Part shown: in pieces, positions 38,182 to 45,158 of the stretch | Position numbering within the stretch: position 1 is the stretch's first letter | How the letters are laid out: every line of letters starts with the position of its first letter | Assembly: GCA_965247125.1 (NCBI GenBank) | Contig: CBDFGO010000002.1 | Span: 497,618 to 561,617 of the forward strand | Length of the DNA stretch: 64,000 nucleotides | Origin: Rhodothermales bacterium | GTDB lineage: Bacteria; Bacteroidota; Rhodothermia; Rhodothermales; UBA10348 | Reading direction: 5' to 3' | Made by a program: the position numbers and the translations under genes | The notes under the pieces: generated by a model | Told to the model about the DNA's origin: nothing | Seen by the model: only the letters and a program-made list of their open reading frames with translations | Database searches by the model: none

Positions 38182-38982
38182 TTAGTAAGGGAGGTCGTCG
38201 TTGGGCCTGAATCCAGGATCCTCGGAAGGCGCGCCCACAACAGTATCGAGCGGCGTTCCACCCATGTCCCTGGTGATGGGAGTACCTGGCGGCAGCGCTG
38301 CGGCCGGCGCAGTTGTGTGAGGTTCATCAGACTCATAGAGGGCTCCTTGAGCTGGCACCTGCGTTGTGTGACCAGCAGGCGCCGGCGCGGGAGCATCCGG
38401 TGCGGGACGAGGGGCGGCGGGTGTGTCCTCTTGCCCGCCGTAGCGTTTGCGCGCCGCCTCCTCATCCGCTGCCTTATCCGCTGCACCGGTGTTCGCCGAT
38501 CCGTTCCGATCCAATGCATCACGGTCGTTCTGGCGAACATATCTTCCAGAAGGCTGCAAGGGCTGCATTCCCTCCATCAACGGCATCACGTTCCTGACGT
38601 TGATGTAGGGATCTTCTGGATCACTGGCGTTGTGGCCGTGCACGATCTGAACCATACAGGAGCGCCCGACGAACCACTCGAAGTCGACTAGAGCTCCCTT
38701 CGGTGGCGACTTGCCAGTCCAAGAAGTGACGAGGGCGTAGAGATTCGACTTCTCGGTCAGCACAAATGTGTAGAATTCCCTCACCACGAAGTGCCGGCCG
38801 TCTTCATAGTCCGGGTTTGGGACGTCAATTTCCCACCGGAAATGGATCTGATCCTTTAGCCCCCAGCGCGTTGAAACGTCGTTTTTTATGTACATGTCGA
38901 CGCACACCGCCCGGGTCACGCAGGGGTTGGGGTGCGCAAATTTTCGGTCGCCGTCGCCGACGGTAAGCGTAGTATCTGACAT
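38182..38982 (-). CDS. putative phage ssDNA-binding protein (globular N-domain, P/A-rich linker, acidic SSB-like tip DDLPY)
   Basis: The C-terminus ...GFRPNDDLPY resembles the SSB DDDIPF tip. A disordered Pro/Ala-rich linker precedes it. It lies in the replication/recombination operon. The fold assignment is inferred. Confidence 0.4.
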   Translation of the reverse strand: MSDTTLTVGDGDRKFAHPNPCVTRAVCVDMYIKNDVSTRWGLKDQIHFRWEIDVPNPDYEDGRHFVVREFYTFVLTEKSNLYALVTSWTGKSPPKGALVDFEWFVGRSCMVQIVHGHNASDPEDPYINVRNVMPLMEGMQPLQPSGRYVRQNDRDALDRNGSANTGAADKAADEEAARKRYGGQEDTPAAPRPAPDAPAPAPAGHTTQVPAQGALYESDEPHTTAPAAALPPGTPITRDMGGTPLDTVVGAPSEDPGFRPNDDLPY

Positions 38983-39044
38983 AGCTAAATCGATGGATTA
39001 GATGGAATGGATGTGATGCCGGCCTATACGAAATCAAGCTGCGG

Positions 39045-39491
39045 TTAGAGCGCGATCATCTTGCGCTCGCGAACACTCGTCAGCACACTCGCCTTGACCA
39101 GGCCCAAGCCCTTGCGCTCCTGGGCGCGGTGGTGCAGCTGAAGCAGCGAGAGATATTCGGGCCGGATGTAAGCCTCGGTCTCGAGCGCCTTTTCGGTGAT
39201 CTTCTCCTCTCGGATCACGTAGCCGCGGCGCAGGTCAGTGATGATCTCATACCGAAGCGATCGCCGGAGGTGTTCGAACAGGAGGCAGTCGGCCTCGGCC
39301 TTGGCAGCGATTTCGCCAGCCAGCAGAATTTCCAGATCAAGCTCTTCCAGTGAGCCAGAAAGAAGGGCCTGCAGCTGCTCGGGGCTCGGGAGCTCGAGCT
39401 CCGTTTCTGCCTTTGATATAGCCACGGCGCCCTGTAGGATTTTTACCGTTTCCAAGTGGTGGAGCGTCTGCTCCGGTTTCGTTGCTTCCAT
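39045..39491 (-). CDS. phage early protein, unknown function (helical)
   Basis: The start at 39491 (MEATKPEQ) is preferred over 39575. 148 aa, coiled-coil-like. Confidence 0.5.
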   Translation of the reverse strand: MEATKPEQTLHHLETVKILQGAVAISKAETELELPSPEQLQALLSGSLEELDLEILLAGEIAAKAEADCLLFEHLRRSLRYEIITDLRRGYVIREEKITEKALETEAYIRPEYLSLLQLHHRAQERKGLGLVKASVLTSVRERKMIAL

Positions 39492-39717
39492 GGGGGTCTG
39501 ATTGATTTGGTCGTGAAAGGACCGTGTATCCGAGCCGCTCGATAGCTTCGAGCAGATCGTAGTCGTAAGTGACAATGACTCGCCAGCCGGCGAGGTCAGA
39601 ATAGCTGGGTTCGTCCCGGGTGAGGACGGCCACGATCAGGCAGCAGGTGCCCCACCCGAGCAAAAAGAAGAAGACGGCGATCCAGATCGGGTCGATATGG
39701 TTGAGCAGCGCGGTCAT
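39337..39717 (-). CDS. possible small membrane protein (only the first ~70 codons look protein-like)
   Basis: ATGA overlap with the upstream gene. TM helix IWIAVFFFLLGWGTCCLIVAVL. The 3' half overlaps the next gene and translates to R/G/P-rich low-quality sequence. Confidence 0.3.
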   Translation of the reverse strand: MTALLNHIDPIWIAVFFFLLGWGTCCLIVAVLTRDEPSYSDLAGWRVIVTYDYDLLEAIERLGYTVLSRPNQSDPHGSNETGADAPPLGNGKNPTGRRGYIKGRNGARAPEPRAAAGPSFWLTGRA

Positions 39718-40160
39718 GGTGTCATGTCGCTGGCCAGCAGCGCGCGCTCGGCTTCCATATTTGGAAGCACTTCAGTTTTAATGATGTTGATTGATCGATC
39801 AACTCGAGAGAGGTCTCTGTCCTCAAGTCCGCGGGCAAAACCGGAGGCGGTGTGCACAATCTCGACGACCTCGTTGTCAGCTGATCCATCGGCAGATCCC
39901 ATGACACGCTTGACGGCGTCGCCAGAGGTAGGCATGAAGAGGCGCGAGTATCGCGGATCGTCCATACTGAATCGGTATTTACACCAGCGTATTGCCTGGC
40001 TGACCTCTATCTGGGCTTCACGCCTGATAATTTTGCGAACCTGCGATGCCGATACACCCATGACCTGGACGATCTCAGGGACATCGATGACCTCGGCGTA
40101 ATAATCCCGGATGAGCAGCTCGTGAAAGGGAGTAGAGAATCGTGTGATGGATGTAGGCAC
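39714..40160 (-). CDS. HTH DNA-binding protein (sigma-70 region-4-like), early regulator candidate
   Basis: GTG start. The segment VPEIVQVMGVSASQVRKIIRREAQ is a typical HTH. Confidence 0.45.
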   Translation of the reverse strand: MPTSITRFSTPFHELLIRDYYAEVIDVPEIVQVMGVSASQVRKIIRREAQIEVSQAIRWCKYRFSMDDPRYSRLFMPTSGDAVKRVMGSADGSADNEVVEIVHTASGFARGLEDRDLSRVDRSINIIKTEVLPNMEAERALLASDMTP

Positions 40161-40200
40161 AGTGTTACAGGATCAGCATGAAATGGTGAATAATCTCACC

Positions 40201-40401
40201 TTACGTTGATGCCAGTTCAGCGGAGGAGTTTTGAGCGGCCTCGCCGGCCTCTTCCAGCACCCTGTTAATTGCCTCGAGCGTGTGGTGCGCGATGAAATGA
40301 TTCTCAGTGCGGCGATCAGCATCAGCAGCTCGCTTTAGGCGTTCAATTGTGTCCTCGTCGTAGTCAAGTCGAGGGCGATAAAGACGTTTGTTTTCAGACA
40401 T
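40201..40401 (-). CDS. ribbon-helix-helix (CopG/Arc-like) protein; Cro-analogue, first gene of the leftward early operon
   Basis: 66 aa. MSENKRLYRPRLDYDEDTIERLKRAADADRRTENHFIAHHTLEAINRVL reads as strand-helix-helix. It is divergent from the repressor gene. The track ORF 40201-40635 has an implausible N-terminal extension. Confidence 0.5.
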   Translation of the reverse strand: MSENKRLYRPRLDYDEDTIERLKRAADADRRTENHFIAHHTLEAINRVLEEAGEAAQNSSAELAST

Positions 40402-40498
40402 GGCCGAAACGATATTGGATAATTCTGGAACAGATTGCGACCAAAAGTGGCCCGATCTGGTGATAAATATACGCTTTATACCTTCTCGATCAACTGAT
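40402..40498. promoter_or_regulatory. divergent intergenic region between the Cro-like and CI-like genes (putative genetic switch)
   Basis: A 97-bp AT-richer spacer between back-to-back starts at 40401 (minus) and 40499 (plus). I could not define operators confidently. Confidence 0.5.
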
Positions 40499-41299
40499 AT
40501 GACGGATAAGTATAACAAGTTCATCGATAGTTCACATTCGCCACAAACAGTCGGAGAAGCTATTGTAGACCTGTTTACGGGAGAAATTGACTTGGAATTA
40601 GGGACATCGGAGATTATCGAGAGAGTTATATCCACCTTCTACACCACCCCGCAGAATATTCGCAACGAACTGACAAAGCTGACAAAAGGAAAAGTTTTAC
40701 AGAAGCCGCGAAGAAGCGTATATCAGCTACGTAGATCTACCCAGCAAATAGTTGTGCCCCATAAGGGAAATGGTCGTTCTGCACCACTCGATACCGTTAC
40801 TTATTACGTATACAGCGGTTACTCATTAAGCGAAGACGGGTCTATCGGGAAAGATGCGGTCACAAGTGTGTCCATGCCGAGAGATATGATTCAGCGCCTG
40901 TCCGGCGGAGATGTCCCCGAACCAGACGATGCCTATTGGGATTACCTGGATGGCACCGACATGCTGCCCTGGTACCCGCACGGAAGAGCGGTCTTTGTTA
41001 TTAAATGCTCTGAAGTAACCGGCGCCGGACCATACATGGTTTTCCTCGGAAAATCGCCCGTATCGACGATGAGGCGGCTAGAGCGCCTAGGTGATGGCGG
41101 GCTCCGCGTTACCACGGACAACAAATCGTACAGTGATCAAACGCTAGACTACAAGGAGGGCGACCTCTGGATCGACCGAGCGACCGGCCGGGAAGTCTTT
41201 CTGCACATTCATGGTCGGGTTGGCAACCCGAACGAGGAGGGAAAGGCAATCCTGGACACATTGGTGCACGCGATGAAAGAAGTATTTGGAACCAAGTAG
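40499..41299 (+). CDS. CI-like phage repressor (N-terminal DNA-binding domain plus C-terminal S24/LexA-like fold)
   Basis: The C-terminal part VFVIKCSEVTGAGPYMVFLG...TMRRLERLGDGGLRVTTDNKSYSDQTL...GRV follows the S24-like beta pattern (VKRL...L.S.N..Y). It is divergent from the early operon. The start is taken at 40499 (MTDKYNKF). Confidence 0.55.
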   Translation: MTDKYNKFIDSSHSPQTVGEAIVDLFTGEIDLELGTSEIIERVISTFYTTPQNIRNELTKLTKGKVLQKPRRSVYQLRRSTQQIVVPHKGNGRSAPLDTVTYYVYSGYSLSEDGSIGKDAVTSVSMPRDMIQRLSGGDVPEPDDAYWDYLDGTDMLPWYPHGRAVFVIKCSEVTGAGPYMVFLGKSPVSTMRRLERLGDGGLRVTTDNKSYSDQTLDYKEGDLWIDRATGREVFLHIHGRVGNPNEEGKAILDTLVHAMKEVFGTK

Positions 41300-41314
41300 A
41301 ATCACTAAATCGAC

Positions 41315-41611
41315 ATGAGCTCTGAACCTCTATTCAAAGACCGGCACCAGCTCACAATCGGCAGCCTCGTTTTCATTGCGGTTGTTCTGATTGTTGGTGC
41401 CGTCGCGCTGGCCGGCAGGGTGCAGACCGGAAATCTTAGTCCTGGTTTTCTGTTCACAGCCGGATACTTGTTCGTCGCTGGGATCGCGATGTTTGCGATC
41501 AAGGCGATCATCACTCTCCTCCGCGATATCAGAGACATGCTCTATGATCAGCGTAAAGCAGATGATGAGCCGGAATTGCCCCTAAAGAACGTAATCGACG
41601 AATTTGACTAA
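41315..41611 (+). CDS. 98-aa two-TM membrane protein (accessory cassette gene 1)
   Basis: TM1 IGSLVFIAVVLIVGAVALAG and TM2 FLFTAGYLFVAGIAMFAIKAIITLL, with an acidic C-terminal tail. It starts 15 nt after the repressor stop. Confidence 0.6.
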   Translation: MSSEPLFKDRHQLTIGSLVFIAVVLIVGAVALAGRVQTGNLSPGFLFTAGYLFVAGIAMFAIKAIITLLRDIRDMLYDQRKADDEPELPLKNVIDEFD

Positions 41612-41654
41612 CTAAAAAAACAGCGTATCCACCCACTTTTACAGACCCCCAAGT

Positions 41655-42242
41655 ATGCCTGACACGAAGGGTGACATCCAGAAGTTCGGACTAACGTTCT
41701 TCTGGGAGTATGTGCTCACCGATCGGGACCGCGACTATGTCGAGGAGATCTTCGGATCGGTATCGACTGGAGAGGCGAAGTCGCAGGACCCCAACGACGC
41801 ACTTTTCCTGGCTAACCTGGCCAGCCGACTTCTCGATTTCGAGGAAGCGAGGCCCACGGCGCGCAAACTCTGCGAGTTCGCCATGGAGCGGCAGCAGTAT
41901 ATCGACGAGCAGCAACCGCTGACGCTGCACTTTCTGACCCAGACGCAGCTGCGCCTCTGGTGGGCCGATCGCCACTCTCGAGATGACGCGGTGGAGAAGC
42001 TGCGCACCTTCGCGAATCTGCAGATATCCCTCGAGGGATACATCCGCGGCGGGATTAAGCGCGACAACCCCGATCGGGTGTTCCTCCCGGGATTTCTGTC
42101 CTACCGCGTGCTTGCCGAGCTCGCTCTCGGACAGGGTGACATTGACGAGGCCATCGATCTGTGCCAGCGCGGAAAGCACGGTGGATGGATGGGCGACTGG
42201 GATCAGCAGATCCAGAAATTCATGTCAATGCGGGCGCTATGA
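41655..42242 (+). CDS. helical-repeat (TPR-like) protein, paralog A (accessory cassette gene 2)
   Basis: 195 aa. The C-terminus ...LPGFLSYRVLAELALGQGDIDEAIDLCQRGKHGGWMGDWDQQIQKF aligns with paralog B. Confidence 0.6.
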   Translation: MPDTKGDIQKFGLTFFWEYVLTDRDRDYVEEIFGSVSTGEAKSQDPNDALFLANLASRLLDFEEARPTARKLCEFAMERQQYIDEQQPLTLHFLTQTQLRLWWADRHSRDDAVEKLRTFANLQISLEGYIRGGIKRDNPDRVFLPGFLSYRVLAELALGQGDIDEAIDLCQRGKHGGWMGDWDQQIQKFMSMRAL

Positions 42243-42793
42243 TTGAAGAGACGGTCATTGCCGCCGGCCAAACCGACTGGTGGAGCACTCTGGACGAACG
42301 TGATCGCAGTATCGCTCACAACGCCTATCTACGCGCCGAGATGGATAACCACGGTTTTCTGAAGCGCGACGGGCTCACGTTCGCACTCCTGGCCACCGCG
42401 GCATACACGATATCTGAAGAGGGTGAGCGGCCGACGGGTGTCCGCATGGCCGAAAAAGCGCTGTCGCTGGCCAAGGATGGATCGAGCCGCACCGAGCTCC
42501 ACTACGCCTACAACGTGTTGCAGGATCTTTTGCACAAAGACGAGGGCGACGTCCAACGCAAGATTGACCTGGCGATCGAACACATCGAGCGGGCGACGGT
42601 GCTCAAAGATGGTCTGATCGCTGAGAATCCGGAAATCATGCTCCTGCCCAGCCATGCCGGGTACAGCTATCTCACGGCCATTTATGAGAAGCTCGAGCGA
42701 TACAAGGATGCCCTCATTATGGCCCGGGACGCTCGGATTTACGGGTGGCTCGGCGACTGGGATCGCACCATTGATCGGTTGCGTCAATACTGA
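42239..42793 (+). CDS. helical-repeat (TPR-like) protein, paralog B (accessory cassette gene 3)
   Basis: The ATG at 42239 overlaps the paralog A stop (ATGA). The C-terminus reads ...LPSHAGYSYLTAIYEKLERYKDALIMARDARIYGWLGDWDRTIDRLRQY. Confidence 0.6.
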   Translation: MIEETVIAAGQTDWWSTLDERDRSIAHNAYLRAEMDNHGFLKRDGLTFALLATAAYTISEEGERPTGVRMAEKALSLAKDGSSRTELHYAYNVLQDLLHKDEGDVQRKIDLAIEHIERATVLKDGLIAENPEIMLLPSHAGYSYLTAIYEKLERYKDALIMARDARIYGWLGDWDRTIDRLRQY

Positions 42794-42828
42794 CAGCGTC
42801 ATACATTAAAACATCCATCAGCCAGCCC

Positions 42829-43206
42829 ATGTCAGACCCCTCGTCCGCGCCCAGCTCCATCGCCGTTTTTGCTGGCAAGAAGCTTGAGGAATTGTTACGT
42901 CTGAACAACAGGGACGTGAAGTGGCTCGCGGACTGGCTCAAATCACAGGATGAGCGGACGGGACTGAACCGGAAGCGCGACAAAAACACCATCTACCGCT
43001 GGCAATCCGGGGTGAACTGCCTGCCGCCGGAATTCGCAGATCTCATCGGCCGCAGGTTCGGCCTGCCGGCGTCCTGGTTCTACGGCGACACCTCTCCGGT
43101 GCACTCAACTCTGGTTGTTTTCAAGGGCGACTCTGAACAGATTCGACTACGCTTTTCGGACGACGTGCGCGTCGTCATTGAAACCGAACGCATTAATTCA
43201 GGGTAA
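42829..43206 (+). CDS. XRE-type HTH DNA-binding protein (accessory cassette gene 4)
   Basis: KKLEELLRLNNRDVKWLADWL...NTIYRWQSGVNCLPPEFADLIGRRFGLPASWFYG follows the HTH_XRE pattern (isrwerG...P....l..la..l.v). Confidence 0.5.
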   Translation: MSDPSSAPSSIAVFAGKKLEELLRLNNRDVKWLADWLKSQDERTGLNRKRDKNTIYRWQSGVNCLPPEFADLIGRRFGLPASWFYGDTSPVHSTLVVFKGDSEQIRLRFSDDVRVVIETERINSG

Positions 43207-43506
43207 TACCATGGGTACCAAGACCATTCCTGCTGTACTAACGATAACCAAGCCACTTGGTGGCGGGGGAAAGAATTAATGTTTATCATCTGGGCCCCAC
43301 CGCGCAAGAATGCGCTAGTTAGGGCCATTGTGAAGCGAGTGTCGGAGGATAACAGGCGCTGCATAATGCTCGGCGCACACGATGCCTTGCCAACATCGTA
43401 GTGCGATACTACTATTCTGGTGGTCATTTCGGCTAAAACATGCCGTCCGGCGGAGGGCGAGCGGCAAAATCATCGAATGAAAAGACCACGAGCATCGTAA
43501 CAAATA

Positions 43507-43650
43507 ATGGCCGAACGACGAAAACAGACGACAAAAAAAGTAAAGTCACACAAAACGGGAGTTAAGAAGAGCAGGAAGAAGGCCAAAACCGATAAATATC
43601 GGTCAGAACCAGAAGGAACGATTGATGTCGTTCCCCCAACGAAAAAGTGA
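43507..43650 (+). CDS. 47-aa poly-basic peptide ORF (MAERRKQTTKKVKSHKTGVKKSRKKAKTDKYRSEPEGTIDVVPPTKK)
   Basis: ATG at 43507 and TGA at 43648-43650. 19 of the first 32 residues are K/R/H. Its stop overlaps the GTG at 43647 of the next ORF (GTGA). Too short for the ORF track. Confidence 0.35.
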   Translation: MAERRKQTTKKVKSHKTGVKKSRKKAKTDKYRSEPEGTIDVVPPTKK

Positions 43651-44303
43651 CACGAGACCAAATGGCAGCAACTGACAGACATAGACCTTACGACGACCTG
43701 CTACGCAGTGTCCGCACCTCGATTCGCTACAACACCGAGCGCCGACGCTTTTTCGATAAGTGGTATCGCGTGACGATGTTCATGGGGCTCATTTTTGCCT
43801 CTGCGACAACGGTTGCACTCGTTCAGAAAATAACACTCACATCGGGAATGAGCTCAATAGCGCTGGGTGTATCGATTGCGACCACACTTTTGTTTGCGTT
43901 TGAACGGACCGTGGGGTTTCAAGAAAAGGCCCGTGATTTTAACGACCTCGTGAAGTTGTTCAATCGCCTGGAGGCCAGTATGCGCCAAGTGGAGAGGGAT
44001 GAGGTTAAGCACGAGGATATTGCCCGTTGGACGGCCGAGAGGTTGTCGATCGAAGATGGGGAGCGGCCAGTTAAGAGGGTTTTGGCTGTCATTGCGCACA
44101 ACGATGAGGTGATGGCCACAGACGGCCTGGACAAGAATAACATATATTATATTGGTCCTTTTGCAAGGTTTTTCCGCCATTTTGCGCATGGTCGGCAGAC
44201 ATTCGACACCCTGGCAGAGCTCGAGGAGGCGCGCGAGGCAAAACGCCAGAAAGGACGACAAGAGAGGCCGAACAAAACGCTTCCCGAAGCGACCACCGTA
44301 TAA
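43647..44303 (+). CDS. two-TM protein, SLATT-like topology (accessory cassette gene 6)
   Basis: A charged N-terminal helix (YDDLLRSVRTSIRYNTERRRFFDKWYR) is followed by TM1 VTMFMGLIFASATTVALV, TM2 MSSIALGVSIATTLLFAF and a long charged helical C-terminus. The start is GTG 43647 or ATG 43662. The SLATT assignment is pattern memory only. Confidence 0.45.
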   Translation: MTRDQMAATDRHRPYDDLLRSVRTSIRYNTERRRFFDKWYRVTMFMGLIFASATTVALVQKITLTSGMSSIALGVSIATTLLFAFERTVGFQEKARDFNDLVKLFNRLEASMRQVERDEVKHEDIARWTAERLSIEDGERPVKRVLAVIAHNDEVMATDGLDKNNIYYIGPFARFFRHFAHGRQTFDTLAELEEAREAKRQKGRQERPNKTLPEATTV

Positions 44304-44327
44304 CAAGCGCATTTTGCAGTTCTCAAC

Positions 44328-44355
44328 CGGGCTCCACAACGGGGCCCGTTTTTTA
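44328..44355 (+). terminator. rho-independent terminator closing the accessory cassette
   Basis: CGGGCTCC-acaac-GGGGCCCG hairpin followed by TTTTTT, 25 nt after the stop at 44303. Confidence 0.75.
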
Positions 44356-44474
44356 TGTCCGTGTGTCGCGAATCTATCGTTTGACGGTGACGTTGATACG
44401 TCATTCGAGAATGTGTACCATTAGACGGGATAATCCTCATCACCTCTTGCATCAACAGATACCTCATGCACTAG

Positions 44475-45158
44475 ATGGCGGCAAGCGGAAAACGAAGATG
44501 TACGGCCAAAAGCAAGCGATCGGGTAAGCGCTGCGCGAACTGGGCGATCAAGGGTAGAAGGACGTGCCGAATGCACGGAGGCAAGTCGCCGCGCGGACGT
44601 GACCACCCTAGCTACAAACACGGACTTCACACCAAGAGCCTTCCCGAGCGGTATCGCGCTCGTTACGGCGAGCACCTCGTAGACGACAGGGTCTTCAGTC
44701 TCGATCCTGAAGTGGCCCTGATTCAAACTAGAATGGACGAGCTGTTGGCGGGACTGGACGTTGACGGCCACGTGGCTCTCTGGATAAAGCTGAAGGCTGC
44801 ATGCGACGAACTACAGCGCGCCACTAAATCCAAGGAGCACGACAGCGCCAGGAATGCGATCGGTGCGGTCTGTTCTCTTGTAGACAGGGGTCGAAGTGAA
44901 TCCAGGACCTGGGTGGACATTCACGCTCTTCAGATTCAAAAGACCAAAACACTTGAGGTCCGAAGCCGCATCGCGAAACAGGAGCAGGCATCCATTCCGG
45001 AAGCTCACCTATTTGTGATCATGGACCGGTTCGCCGAGGTGGTCCGCACCGAAATAACGAAAGCATTCAAACTCGAACTCAGTGAATCCGATACACTTCG
45101 GAACATATCGACCGCCCTTAAGGGACAGGTTTTTTCTGGATCTAGCGGAGAAGCTTGA
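44475..45158 (+). CDS. putative small terminase / DNA-recognition protein (N-terminal Cys/His basic motif ending HGG)
   Basis: KRRCTAKSKRSGKRCANWAIKGRRTCRMHGGKSPRG is a motif type seen in phage proteins preceding TerL. It sits directly upstream of the large terminase. Confidence 0.4.
   Translation: MAASGKRRCTAKSKRSGKRCANWAIKGRRTCRMHGGKSPRGRDHPSYKHGLHTKSLPERYRARYGEHLVDDRVFSLDPEVALIQTRMDELLAGLDVDGHVALWIKLKAACDELQRATKSKEHDSARNAIGAVCSLVDRGRSESRTWVDIHALQIQKTKTLEVRSRIAKQEQASIPEAHLFVIMDRFAEVVRTEITKAFKLELSESDTLRNISTALKGQVFSGSSGEA

Noticed and set aside
41315-41611. Interpreting the small 2-TM proteins (41315-41611, 43647-44303) as holins
   Set aside because: There is no endolysin or spanin gene nearby. 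Both genes lie upstream of the terminase and are separated from the late operon by a terminator. The lysis cassette is presumably beyond the tail genes. This interpretation is not fully excluded.
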